This document shows, piece after piece, positions 20,221 through 29,971 of a stretch of DNA of 64,000 bases. The position numbers and the translations under genes were made by a program. Where the stretch lies: positions 74,352-138,351 of the IMG/VR virus record IMGVR_UViG_3300025874_000006; one strand, given 5' to 3'. Under the pieces are notes generated by a model, which was not told where the DNA came from, ran no database searches, and saw only the letters and a list, made by a program, of their open reading frames with translations. The DNA is from a virus. Each line of letters opens with the position of its first letter. Within the stretch, counting starts at the first letter, position 1.

Positions 20221-20333
20221 GGACTGATTCCAGTCCCGATGAATGAAAGTAGAAGAATTCTACTTTCGATTTGGAATATATTCTGAATCCAGAACATATT
20301 TATAATGTTACCCGACTCTGGTGAGCCGGGTAA
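20221..20333 (-). promoter_or_regulatory. Late promoter (20297-20304) within a cluster of four hairpins upstream of the giant fibre gene
   Basis: Inverted repeats at 20221-20236, 20245-20267, 20276-20299 and 20308-20333; exact TATAAATA at 20297-20304. Confidence 0.75.
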
Positions 20334-20363
20334 TACTGTTATACGAAGGGGTTGATTAGGGGG

Positions 20364-20567
20364 TTATTCTTCAGCTAAACTGTCAGTTAATATTTTTACA
20401 AATGCATCTTTACCAACAGAGAGTTGATCAAGATTAAATTGAGTTGAACTGATTTTACGTTCCAAGTCAGCAATGTGGTTTACTACCATTTGCTGTTGTT
20501 CGGTCATATCTTCGTATTGGTGTTCCACACCGTCTATAATTACTGGGGTTGTTTTTTTCTCGCCCAT
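20364..20567 (-). CDS. Small hypothetical protein (coiled-coil, fibre-associated)
   Basis: 67 aa with strong RBS (GAGG) and its own late promoter at 20604-20611. Confidence 0.8.
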   Translation of the reverse strand: MGEKKTTPVIIDGVEHQYEDMTEQQQMVVNHIADLERKISSTQFNLDQLSVGKDAFVKILTDSLAEE

Positions 20568-20603
20568 GTCATATTTCCTCTTAGGTTAGTTAGTGACAGA
20601 ACT

Positions 20604-20641
20604 TATTTATAACACCCCCAGCCCACTATGGGCCGAGGGTG
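20604..20641 (-). promoter_or_regulatory. 13-bp hairpin (20613-20641) followed directly by a late promoter (20604-20611)
   Basis: CACCCTCGGCCCA-TAG-TGGGCTGGGGGTG with two G-U pairs, then TATAAATA. Confidence 0.75.
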
Positions 20642-20653
20642 AGTTTGCAATCA

Positions 20654-20689
20654 TTACCAAGGAGTTCCTACAGATACAGTTACTGCCAT
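20654..20689 (-). pseudogene. 11-codon mini-ORF MAVTVSVGTPW, probable internally deleted fibre-accessory gene
   Basis: ATG 5 nt after the fibre stop, GAGGA upstream, ends in G-x-P-W then TAA TGA. Confidence 0.55.
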
Positions 20690-20693
20690 GATT

Positions 20694-23600
20694 TTATTCC
20701 TCTAGTTGTGCAACACGGTTGCGCAATGATTGTATTTCTTTGATTAACATTGGGACTAGCTTGCTGTAGTCCACACCCATCATCTCTTCTGAGTCTTCTG
20801 GTACTGATACAGATTCCGGTGCTACCTCAAGTAGCTCCTGTGCCACCATTCCGTACTTCTGGTGTGACCCGTCAGCTTTCCAGTCAAATGAACGTACTTG
20901 GATAGCGTCAATGTCGTCAGAAGCAGAAGGGGCATCTACGATGTTTTCTTTGGCTCGCTCGTCAGAAGTCGTGTTAAACAAAATCTGAGAAGTTCCATGC
21001 TGAGTAATAGACCCAAGTTGAGAGGTGTTATAAGTGAAAGCCATAAAGAGGCTGCCCGACCCAGTGCCATTAGCATGACGAACATAAATATTAGAGTCAG
21101 CCGCTTGTCCAGAAAGTGATATTCCAGATTGCGCACCCGGCCCTTCTACAGTACCGCCCACCAACAAAGCGCCTGAGTTATTAATAGTCACAGCAGTATT
21201 CCAGCTTATAGCTGAGTTTGCTGAACCTGAGGCGGCTACTTTAAACTCTTGCTTACCATCAGCAGTATGTGCAATCTGAGCGGAAGTATTGGTGTTTATA
21301 CGTTTCCAAGAGCCATCATAATATGCGTTCGTATTAAACCAAGTTGAAGTTCCGCCCGATTCACCCGCAATAGAAGAACCTGTTCCTACCCGTAGAACTT
21401 TAAATACAGAAGACCACGCCTCTGGAGTTACACCAAGACCCAAGCGACCTGCGCTATCCAGCCTAGCGCGTTCTGCGCCACCAGTACTGAAGCCAAGAAT
21501 GTCAGCGCCGCCGAAGAACAGACCAGTGTCGGTGTCTACATGGCTTGTAATAGATGGGTTGCTATTTTCTCCAGCGCCTGCTATTACTTCGCCTGATAGG
21601 AAGATGTCTTTGAAGCGATACGCTGCCGCGCCTAACGATTCTGTTCCATCACTGAGAGCAGCAGTTTCATTCGTTGGGTAGATTGCATTAGTAGTAAAAT
21701 GCAGACCTGCGCCACTTGCGTCTGCCCTGTAAATGTAACTGGCTTGCACTGCGCCTGATAGGTAGAGGTTTTTGAACCTATGACTAGAAGCTCCTAAATC
21801 AATAGCGGCATCTCTCTGTGCGCCATTGGCGGTTGCAGGATAAATACCGTCACCACCACCTGCAAAGTTTAACCCTACATCATTACTCACAATATAAAGG
21901 TTTCCTGCGGCAGCACCAATACTACCTACGGCTGCACCGTCTTTCATCCACTCAGAAATTGTGCCGGCAGAACCTGTCCTGTTAAATGTAGTTACAACAT
22001 TACCGACACGAGTTGCCTCAATCTTACCCTTGGTTCCTTCAAGTCGTATGCCTTGCGTTCCGATATCTGTTGTAAGTTTACCCACCAACAGGTTGCCTTC
22101 GCCATCAATTCGGGCGCGTTCTGTTGCAGCACCACCAGTAGCAAACTTAATATGGTCAACGTTTTCAGCAGACTTTGTAGAAATTAACAGGCTTCGCTCT
22201 GTGGTGTTGTAAGTAAAGCCAGCGTTGTAACTGCTATTTAAATACCATCCCCACGTTTGATCAGCAAATCCACCATCAAGGTTATAGGTGGGGTTTGTCT
22301 GCCCTGCAATACCCACGCGGCCTGCGCTGTCTATGCGCATTGCTTCTACTGGAGAAGTAGTCCCAGCAAGCCCTTGAATTAAGTTGAAAGTCATAGCCGC
22401 GTTATTAGAACCACCATTCCAAGTACCAATGCCTTCAACATCAATAGACCCAACAATACCCGATGAGTTTGTTGAATTGTCATCAGAGTAAAACTCAACA
22501 GAGCCTATCGTTGGGATGGTATCAATGCCTGTGGCGCTTCGTAAGCGTAGTCTAGCTCCGTCTGCATTGGACGAGTCTTTTAAATCAACTAGCCTTGCAG
22601 GCGAACTAGTACCAATACCCACGTTTTGAGATGAGTCTATCGTGATAGCTGGAGAAGCACCCGTTGCTAACTTCATAGTGTCTGTATTGTGGTCGTAGCT
22701 TACATAGCCTCTGTATCTTTCATTGCCACTTGTTCCGTCTGCAAATAAAAGATAATTGGTATCTGTTGTAGCATTTGACCTGATGGTGATACCGCCTAAG
22801 TTAACAGAAGAATGCACTACTAGCTGTGGAGAAAAGTAACTTGAAGGACTGCTAGTGCCGATACCCACGTTGCCTGCGCTGCTCAAGGTCATCACTGTCT
22901 TATCTAAAGAGCTTGCGTTAGACAACCTAAAGTTAATGCTCTGACCAACAACACTGTGGTCAATATAGGATGCGCCTGTTGGTTTAAAACGGATATAGTT
23001 ATTGGCGTATTCAGTGTCATTAGTACCAACCTTGAGCAAGCCTGAAGTGTTTACGTCACCTGTTACGTCTAGAGATTTGTTGAGATCCCAAGTTTGGTTA
23101 GACTGGTTCCAAAGCATAGAGGCACCAGAACCGTCAACTACGATACCTGAACCACCTGATAGTGATTCTAGTTGACCATGTCCTACAGTGATGGTCTTGT
23201 CTGCAACATCTAGGTCAGTAACATTGTACTGGTTAATACCACCACTAAGATTCAAAGAACCTGTAAGTGAAAGGTCACCTGTTATGATAGTGTCTGCGTC
23301 AACGTTGACCGCGTCAGAACTTTCTGATACACTAGGAAGACCAATGTCACTTGGAGTAGATGCAGTAGCATCTTGACCATCTTGACCAGCAGGGCCAGTT
23401 GCACCAGTTTCGCCCTGTGGGCCTTGTGGGCCAGTAGAACCTTGTACACCAGCAACACCGGCAGCACCAGTTTGTCCCTGAAGACCTGTTAGACCTTGTG
23501 GGCCTTGTGGGCCTTGTGGGCCAGTAGCACCAGTCGGGCCTGCTGGGATATTTGCGATAGAAGCGTTCAGTTCATTAACCGCTCCAATGATAGTAGTTGC

Positions 23601-23924
23601 GTTGGTATCAAGAGAACCCGAACCTATAGCTGTCTGTAAAGCAGTCACCGCAGCAGATGTGTTTGAAATTAAAGTTTGTAGGTCACCGTCTGCCGATGAA
23701 AACGCAGCAACAATTTCTTGGAGAGTATCCAGTTGTTCTGGCGAACTTCCCAATATTGCATCAATTTGTGACTGAAGACCATCAATTTCCGAAGAAGAGA
23801 CCGCTTCACCAGTGACAGCAGCTACAAGAGTACCATCAGCATTAATTACTAATTGTCCTCCTACTACGACTTCACCAGTAATGTCGACACCATTCTGTAT
23901 TCTAAATTTTTTGTTAAAAGCCAT
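20694..23924 (-). CDS. Tail fibre with short collagen-like segment and C-terminal intramolecular chaperone (peptidase S74-like)
   Basis: [13 protein letters not shown] collagen tract; repeated [10 protein letters not shown] modules; C-terminal [39 protein letters not shown]. Confidence 0.88.
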   Translation of the reverse strand: MAFNKKFRIQNGVDITGEVVVGGQLVINADGTLVAAVTGEAVSSSEIDGLQSQIDAILGSSPEQLDTLQEIVAAFSSADGDLQTLISNTSAAVTALQTAIGSGSLDTNATTIIGAVNELNASIANIPAGPTGATGPQGPQGPQGLTGLQGQTGAAGVAGVQGSTGPQGPQGETGATGPAGQDGQDATASTPSDIGLPSVSESSDAVNVDADTIITGDLSLTGSLNLSGGINQYNVTDLDVADKTITVGHGQLESLSGGSGIVVDGSGASMLWNQSNQTWDLNKSLDVTGDVNTSGLLKVGTNDTEYANNYIRFKPTGASYIDHSVVGQSINFRLSNASSLDKTVMTLSSAGNVGIGTSSPSSYFSPQLVVHSSVNLGGITIRSNATTDTNYLLFADGTSGNERYRGYVSYDHNTDTMKLATGASPAITIDSSQNVGIGTSSPARLVDLKDSSNADGARLRLRSATGIDTIPTIGSVEFYSDDNSTNSSGIVGSIDVEGIGTWNGGSNNAAMTFNLIQGLAGTTSPVEAMRIDSAGRVGIAGQTNPTYNLDGGFADQTWGWYLNSSYNAGFTYNTTERSLLISTKSAENVDHIKFATGGAATERARIDGEGNLLVGKLTTDIGTQGIRLEGTKGKIEATRVGNVVTTFNRTGSAGTISEWMKDGAAVGSIGAAAGNLYIVSNDVGLNFAGGGDGIYPATANGAQRDAAIDLGASSHRFKNLYLSGAVQASYIYRADASGAGLHFTTNAIYPTNETAALSDGTESLGAAAYRFKDIFLSGEVIAGAGENSNPSITSHVDTDTGLFFGGADILGFSTGGAERARLDSAGRLGLGVTPEAWSSVFKVLRVGTGSSIAGESGGTSTWFNTNAYYDGSWKRINTNTSAQIAHTADGKQEFKVAASGSANSAISWNTAVTINNSGALLVGGTVEGPGAQSGISLSGQAADSNIYVRHANGTGSGSLFMAFTYNTSQLGSITQHGTSQILFNTTSDERAKENIVDAPSASDDIDAIQVRSFDWKADGSHQKYGMVAQELLEVAPESVSVPEDSEEMMGVDYSKLVPMLIKEIQSLRNRVAQLEE

Positions 23925-23947
23925 TTCACTTTACCTTTTAGAATGAA

Positions 23948-23973
23948 TTAAAGGGGGGTGGAAACCCACCCCC
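23948..23973 (-). terminator. GC-rich hairpin between the two fibre genes
   Basis: GGGGGTGG-GTTT-CCACCCCC followed by CTTTAATT; weak U tract. Confidence 0.6.
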
Positions 23974-23989
23974 GATTTTATGGTTTATG

Positions 23990-26900
23990 TTATACGTCAA
24001 CGTAAGAAGCAGATACCGATACTACTGCACCAGCAATTACCGATGTATAAGTCAATTCAACACTTGAACCATTGATTTGAACATCAGTATCACCCAACAT
24101 GTTAACACCTGTGAATAGGATACCATATTCAGTGATGTATGGGTTTGTCCCGTCATGAATAACTAGACATTCGCGAGTTTCGAATTCGCCATTGCTTTCT
24201 ACAGTAACAATGTACTTGGCAGAACGATATAGGGCTTTATTGAATGAAGAAACTACTGTAGCAGAAGTTCCAGCAATAATGTCATTACCCTGTTCGAATA
24301 CCTTGATGTTGTCCGCAAGAGTCTCTAGACCAACAGACTTAGGATCTAGTACACCAACCGAGTTAGTAGACTGAGCGATTACAACCGCCTGTGTACCGAC
24401 TGGAAGTGCAGCATTGAAGGTGATTTGTTGTGCAACAGCATCAATCGAGTAGTGAACCGATGGATCCTGAATAACACCACCAACGAATACCATTGCGTTA
24501 GCTTCTTGAGTGTGGAAGTCCAAAGCAAACATAGACTGTGCACCGTCACCAGAGATGACCTGACGTTTTGCGTCATTGAATGCCAACTCTTTAGGGTCAA
24601 CAAGTTCCATAGCAGAACCGTCAGTCTTAACACGAGCAACAAAACCGTTCTTATCTACTAGGTCTGTATCGACAACGTCTTCTAACTCAACGAACTTCTT
24701 ACCAGTTGATACTGATAGAACACCAGATGCACTGTTGTAAGATACGTTACCTTCACCGTCTACGTCTGTGACCGCGATTGAAGCACGTGCACGAGCAGGA
24801 GTGAAGTATTCGTTATCACCTTCGGAAAGGTCAGTAGTTGAGAATACAGAGATATGTTGAGCAGCAAGACCGCCATCCAATTGACCTTTGTTAACTGCAT
24901 CAGAAGAGAACGTACCGTTTGCAAGACCACCGACCTTGTTACCGGACATGTCTAGTACACCAAACATCGCATCGCCAGACTTAGAAACCTTACCGTCAAT
25001 CTGAGTCTGTAGACCCGCATCGGCAGCAGCGAACTCACCACGGATCAAACCGTCTTGGGTTGCACGAGTAGTTGCTTCTGTTACGAGGTCATCAGCGTTA
25101 GTAGCGATATCTGTTTGGTTCTGAGTGATCAGACCAGTTAGAGTACCATCTGCACTTTGGAATGCAGAAACGATTTCAGTCAATGAATCGAGAGCAGCAC
25201 TGTCAGTGTTTGAAGTGATGAAGTCAATTTGATTCTGAAGTGAACCTTCAACACCTTGCGCACGTGATGACTCATCAGAAATCGCAACAGCGTTTGCAGT
25301 GATTAGTACACCGTTTGCAGCTTCAGCAGCAGTCGCACGACCAACTTCTGTTGCTAGGTTAGTTGTTAGTACACCTTCAGCAGCAGTAGCACGAGCAACT
25401 TCAGCATCCATTTGTGATTGCAAGTTTGCATCACCAGCGATACGAGAATTGTCACCAGACTTGATTGCAGCGTCTAACTTCCTGTCTGCATCTGTTAGAG
25501 ATGTAGCTAGGTCAATATAGTTAGTAGTTCCACTATCTGGAGAAGCGTAAGTACCGTCAGCATTTAGACCAGCAGCAGTTTGTGTTGCAGTCATTTCTGT
25601 TTCAAGTACAGTAGCACGAGAATCAAGAGCGTTATCAGCAACTTGACGTGTGTTTGCTTCTGTAGAAATCTTACCGTCTAGTACGTTATCTGCATTGTCA
25701 CGTAGAGTTGCTTCGTTAGCAACGATACCGTCTGCATAAATCTTAGCAGTAGCCTCAGCATCATCTGCTTCTGATTCCGCATAAGACTTAGCAGATGCAA
25801 GAACAGCAGCGTCACGAGCAATGTAGTCCGCTTGGTCAGTTACACGATGTGCAGCTAGGTCAGAACGGATTAGTGAATCAGCGGCAGTTCGGTCAAGAAT
25901 TTCTGTAGCAAGTGCGTCACTGTCAGCATCAGCACGAGCAACAGCAGATGCAAGTCCGGAAGTGTTAGTAGAAGTTTCAGAGTGAAGTTCATCGATTGCA
26001 CCAGTGATAGACTGAGCAGTAGTATCAAATACACCGTCACCTAACTTAGTTTCTAGAGCGTCAATGTCTGCTTCGTTAACAGTTAGACGACCACCTTGTA
26101 GTGTCTGTTCTGTTTCAAGAGCAGTAGCACGAGTTTCTAGACCAGTAGCACGACCTTCAACATTGTCCATCTCAACTTGTAGAGTAGCAACTTTACCAGT
26201 TTCTGCATCTAGTTGAGTGTGGAGTTCGTTTACAGCTGTAGTAACATCAGTAGCAACAGTTGCAAGAGTTGAAGAACCCATCTGAGTTTGTAGAGTATCA
26301 ACATGACCTTCTTCTGTAGAAACACGTGATTCTAGTGAAGTTGCACGACCTTCTACTGCGTCCATTTCAGACTGTAGAGTGTCTACATTTGCTTCTTCTG
26401 TAGTAACACGAGCAGCAAGAGCGGCAAGAGCAAGAACATCTGCGTCAATCTCACCATGCAATTCATTGATTGCAGCTGATAGATCAGATGCTACAGTTAC
26501 TAGGGTTGCAGTACCTTGCTTAGTTTCTAGTGCATCGATGTCTGTTTCATTAACAGTTAGACGACCTGATTGTGCAAGTTGTTCTGTTTCAAGAGCAGTA
26601 GCACGACCTTCGACTAGAGTTGCACGAGATTCTACGTCAGTTGCACGTACTTCTAGTGCATCAATGTCTGTTTCGTTAACAGTTAGACGACCAGAGTTTG
26701 CAGTAATGATGTTTTGAATGTCTGAGTCAGCATCTTCGAACGCAGCAACGATTTCTTGAAGTGTATCAAGAGTCTCTGGAGAAGTACCGATGATTGCATC
26801 AACACGACCAGTTACACTGTCAACGTCTGTACGTAGACCAGCTTCAACACCAGTTGCACGAATTACTTCAGCAGTAATCTGTGATTGGTTGTCTGCATGG

Positions 26901-29464
26901 TCAGCAGCTTGTAGAGTTTGTAGAGCAAGAATCTCACCGTCATTTGCGGTGATTTGTGCTTGGTTTGAATCAACGTCTACACGTAGACCCGCTTCAACAC
27001 CAGTTGCACGAATTACTTCAGCACCGATTGCTAGTTCGTTAACTACTTCAGCAGCTTTAGCACGTGTAACTTCAGCAGTGATTTGTGCTTGGTTATCATC
27101 ATGGTCAGATGACTGAAGAGTTGCAAGAGCAAGAATATCAGAATCGTTTGAAGTGATTTGTGCTTGGTTTGAATCAACGTCTGTACGTAGACCAGCTTCG
27201 ATACCAGTTGCACGAGTGATTTCTGAAGTGATTTGAACCTGTAGGTCTGAGTCAGCATCTTGGAAATCTGTGATAGCACCATCTACACGTAGGTCTAATG
27301 CAGCTTCTGCCGCTAGAGCACGTGCTCGTTCAGTGTTAATCGCACCTTGGTTAGCTGAGATGTTTACAGTATTAGTGTTAACGTCTGTACGTAGACCAGC
27401 TTCAATCGCTTCTGCACGTTGACGTTCTGTAACAACAGCAGTAGCATTAATAGCTTCCGCAGCAGTAGCACGAGCAACTTCAGTAGTGATTTGTGACTGT
27501 AGACCAGAATCACCAGCAATACGACTAGCAATTTCAGAAGTGATTTGACCTTGTAGGTCTGAATCGCCACCAGCGCGAGCAACTTCTTCTGCACGTAGGT
27601 CGATTTCATTCTGTGCAGCAAGAGCTTCAACAGAATCCATATCGCCTTCTAGTACTGTAGTACGTAGAGATAGTGCATTGTCAGCAGCCAAACGAGTTGC
27701 TGCTTCAGCAGAAACCTGTGCGTCTGTGTATGCAGTTGCCTGTGTTTTAGCAGTTGCGATACGAGCAGTAACAGTGTTACCAACAGTGCCGTCTACAGAT
27801 GCGTCACCGATAAGTGCAGCGTCTTGTGCGTCAGCATGTGCCTGTGCAGCTGCCTGATGTGAATCTGCCTCTGCGTCAGTGTACGACTTAGCAGATGCAA
27901 GTGTTGCAGCGTCAGCAACAATTCGAGCAGCTTCTTCAGCAGTAATCTGTGATTGTAGACCAGTGTCCGCAATTGCACGAGTTGATGCTTCAGTGTCGAT
28001 GTTAGTTTGTAGAATACCTTCAGCAGCTTCTGCACGTGCTTTCTCAGTAGAGATTGCAGTAGTGTTAGAAGAAACAAGAGCAGACATATCGCTATCAGCA
28101 TTTTGGAATGCAGAAACGATTTCTGTCAGTGAGTCTAGTGCAGCTGAGTCAGTGTTTGAAGTGATGAAGTTGATTTGAGTCTGCAAATCAGCATCTTGTG
28201 CAATACGAGCACTTTGTTCAGCAACGATTGCGGCAGTGTTAGCGTCTTCAGCAGCAGTAGCACGAGCTTCTTCCGCATCAAGTTCAGTCTGTAACGCAAG
28301 GTCACCAGCGACTCGTTCGAGTTCTTCAACAGTTAGTTCTGCTTCTGCTTTAGCAATTGCTTCTGCTTTTGCAGTTGCAATGCGGTCAGTAACAGTATTG
28401 TTTGCAGTACCATCAACAGTATCGTCACCGATGAGTAGGTCATCATGCGCCTTTGCAGATACTAGAGTTGCAGCATCTCCAGAAATGATGTCAGCGCCTA
28501 AATCAATACGAACCTGAGTATCGGCAATAGCACGTGCGTTAATTTCGTCTTGTAGGTTTTGTGCGTTTGCAGCTTCTGCACCAGTAGCACGAGCAACTTC
28601 GTCTGCAAGATCCTGAGTAAGGACACCTTCAGCAGCAGTAGCACGAGCAACTTCAGAAGTAATCTGAGACTGGAGTGATATAGATGTTGCTTCTTCAGTT
28701 GTTAGACGTGCAGATAGTGCATCGTCAGCTGAAATACGTGCAGTCTGTTCAGCAGTAACCAATGAAGTGATTGCAACTTCAGCAGCAGTAGCACGAGCAG
28801 TCTCAACAGAAATCGCAGTTGCGTTTTCAGTTTCTTTGTTGATTGCACGAGAAACTTCCGAAGTAATTGCAGCAGAGTTAGCAATGATTGAAGCAGATAG
28901 TACGTCATCCGCGTCTTCGAACGCTTTGATTACTTCTACGAACGAATCGATTGCAGCTGAATCAGTGTTGCTTAGGATGTCATCGATACGACCAGAAAGG
29001 GCTGTATCAGCAGACTGAGATGAAGCTTCAATTGAATCTTCCCGAGCTTTCGCACGAGTTTCTTCAGCAGTGATGTTTGATTGTAGTGTAATATCTGCTT
29101 GTGCACGTGTTGATGCTTCAGCAGCAATATTAGACTGTAGTAGTTGTTCTGCAACTGTCGCACGACTTGTTTCTACCGCTACCGCGTCTGCGATATCTTG
29201 AGCAACAGCAGCCTGAGCGCGAGCAGGTGTAAAGTATTGATTGTCACCTTCTTGCAAATCATCTGTTGAGAATGAAGAGAAGAACGCGTCTGCTGTAATT
29301 TTCTTTAATGAGTCAGAACCGACATCATAAAGAAGAGTAAAACAGTCCGCTGGGTTGATCATACCTGTAAGGGTTGATTGTCCCTGTACTGCACTTTCGT
29401 CAAGTTTGGTATTGATTACCGCCTTATCAGCTAGTGCTGGGGATTTAATCTGCCTAAATGCCAT
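23990..29464 (-). CDS. Very long alpha-helical (coiled-coil) virion fibre protein, 1824 aa
   Basis: About 1400 aa of Ala/Glu/Thr/Arg helical repeats (EVARATAAE, RATGVEAGLR) punctuated by LD(S/T)LxEIVxAF nodes; globular C-terminal domains (VFVGGVIQDPSVHY, YRSAKYIV..EFETRECLVIHDG). Confidence 0.75.
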   Translation of the reverse strand: MAFRQIKSPALADKAVINTKLDESAVQGQSTLTGMINPADCFTLLYDVGSDSLKKITADAFFSSFSTDDLQEGDNQYFTPARAQAAVAQDIADAVAVETSRATVAEQLLQSNIAAEASTRAQADITLQSNITAEETRAKAREDSIEASSQSADTALSGRIDDILSNTDSAAIDSFVEVIKAFEDADDVLSASIIANSAAITSEVSRAINKETENATAISVETARATAAEVAITSLVTAEQTARISADDALSARLTTEEATSISLQSQITSEVARATAAEGVLTQDLADEVARATGAEAANAQNLQDEINARAIADTQVRIDLGADIISGDAATLVSAKAHDDLLIGDDTVDGTANNTVTDRIATAKAEAIAKAEAELTVEELERVAGDLALQTELDAEEARATAAEDANTAAIVAEQSARIAQDADLQTQINFITSNTDSAALDSLTEIVSAFQNADSDMSALVSSNTTAISTEKARAEAAEGILQTNIDTEASTRAIADTGLQSQITAEEAARIVADAATLASAKSYTDAEADSHQAAAQAHADAQDAALIGDASVDGTVGNTVTARIATAKTQATAYTDAQVSAEAATRLAADNALSLRTTVLEGDMDSVEALAAQNEIDLRAEEVARAGGDSDLQGQITSEIASRIAGDSGLQSQITTEVARATAAEAINATAVVTERQRAEAIEAGLRTDVNTNTVNISANQGAINTERARALAAEAALDLRVDGAITDFQDADSDLQVQITSEITRATGIEAGLRTDVDSNQAQITSNDSDILALATLQSSDHDDNQAQITAEVTRAKAAEVVNELAIGAEVIRATGVEAGLRVDVDSNQAQITANDGEILALQTLQAADHADNQSQITAEVIRATGVEAGLRTDVDSVTGRVDAIIGTSPETLDTLQEIVAAFEDADSDIQNIITANSGRLTVNETDIDALEVRATDVESRATLVEGRATALETEQLAQSGRLTVNETDIDALETKQGTATLVTVASDLSAAINELHGEIDADVLALAALAARVTTEEANVDTLQSEMDAVEGRATSLESRVSTEEGHVDTLQTQMGSSTLATVATDVTTAVNELHTQLDAETGKVATLQVEMDNVEGRATGLETRATALETEQTLQGGRLTVNEADIDALETKLGDGVFDTTAQSITGAIDELHSETSTNTSGLASAVARADADSDALATEILDRTAADSLIRSDLAAHRVTDQADYIARDAAVLASAKSYAESEADDAEATAKIYADGIVANEATLRDNADNVLDGKISTEANTRQVADNALDSRATVLETEMTATQTAAGLNADGTYASPDSGTTNYIDLATSLTDADRKLDAAIKSGDNSRIAGDANLQSQMDAEVARATAAEGVLTTNLATEVGRATAAEAANGVLITANAVAISDESSRAQGVEGSLQNQIDFITSNTDSAALDSLTEIVSAFQSADGTLTGLITQNQTDIATNADDLVTEATTRATQDGLIRGEFAAADAGLQTQIDGKVSKSGDAMFGVLDMSGNKVGGLANGTFSSDAVNKGQLDGGLAAQHISVFSTTDLSEGDNEYFTPARARASIAVTDVDGEGNVSYNSASGVLSVSTGKKFVELEDVVDTDLVDKNGFVARVKTDGSAMELVDPKELAFNDAKRQVISGDGAQSMFALDFHTQEANAMVFVGGVIQDPSVHYSIDAVAQQITFNAALPVGTQAVVIAQSTNSVGVLDPKSVGLETLADNIKVFEQGNDIIAGTSATVVSSFNKALYRSAKYIVTVESNGEFETRECLVIHDGTNPYITEYGILFTGVNMLGDTDVQINGSSVELTYTSVIAGAVVSVSASYVDV

Positions 29465-29530
29465 TAGGTTATCTCCTAGGATTGAGTTTTATTGGTTTTT
29501 TTGTTATATAATTAAACGTTTAATAATATA

Positions 29531-29890
29531 CTAACGAAATTTGATATAGATGTCCGTTCCGAATGGAGGGATTTCAAAGAACTGTATAGTGTTGTCGATG
29601 GTTTCATAGATTTCTTCGGGATGTTGAAGAACATCGTTCACCCATACGTCAATCAAATCATCACGGGAGGGTGTCCCGTTCAACGTGAATAGTGCAGTAT
29701 CGCCCTGAGCAGTGATCGATTGTGCTTCTGGGATCACTGTACGTCCAGAGGTCGATGATGATGTACCTTCAATAAGGTCAAACAAAATTGTTTCTTGGCC
29801 AGGAGTTGCAGTAACCTCTTGTTCCTTAGACTTCGCTAAGTTAAACAAACTTTCTGCAAGTACCCGATTAAAAGATTTATTATTGATCAT
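29531..29890 (-). CDS. Hypothetical virion-associated protein
   Basis: 119 aa with own late promoter; contains VWVNDVLQHP..Y, similar to the VFVGGVIQDP..Y motif of the downstream gene. Confidence 0.7.
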   Translation of the reverse strand: MINNKSFNRVLAESLFNLAKSKEQEVTATPGQETILFDLIEGTSSSTSGRTVIPEAQSITAQGDTALFTLNGTPSRDDLIDVWVNDVLQHPEEIYETIDNTIQFFEIPPFGTDIYIKFR

Positions 29891-29927
29891 ATTGATGGAG
29901 TTCTATAGGGTGGTTAATATACCTTTC

Positions 29928-29939
29928 TATTTATAAATA
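29928..29939. promoter_or_regulatory. Palindromic double late promoter TATTTATAAATA
   Basis: TATAAATA on the minus strand (29928-29935) and on the plus strand (29932-29939). Confidence 0.7.
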
Positions 29940-29971
29940 AAAAGAACCTGACTCGAAAATTAATTTTATAT

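Noticed and set aside
20221-20333. tRNA gene in the hairpin-rich intergenic region
   Set aside because: The stems are independent local hairpins; there is no acceptor stem closing a cloverleaf and no TTCGA T-loop or CCA end.
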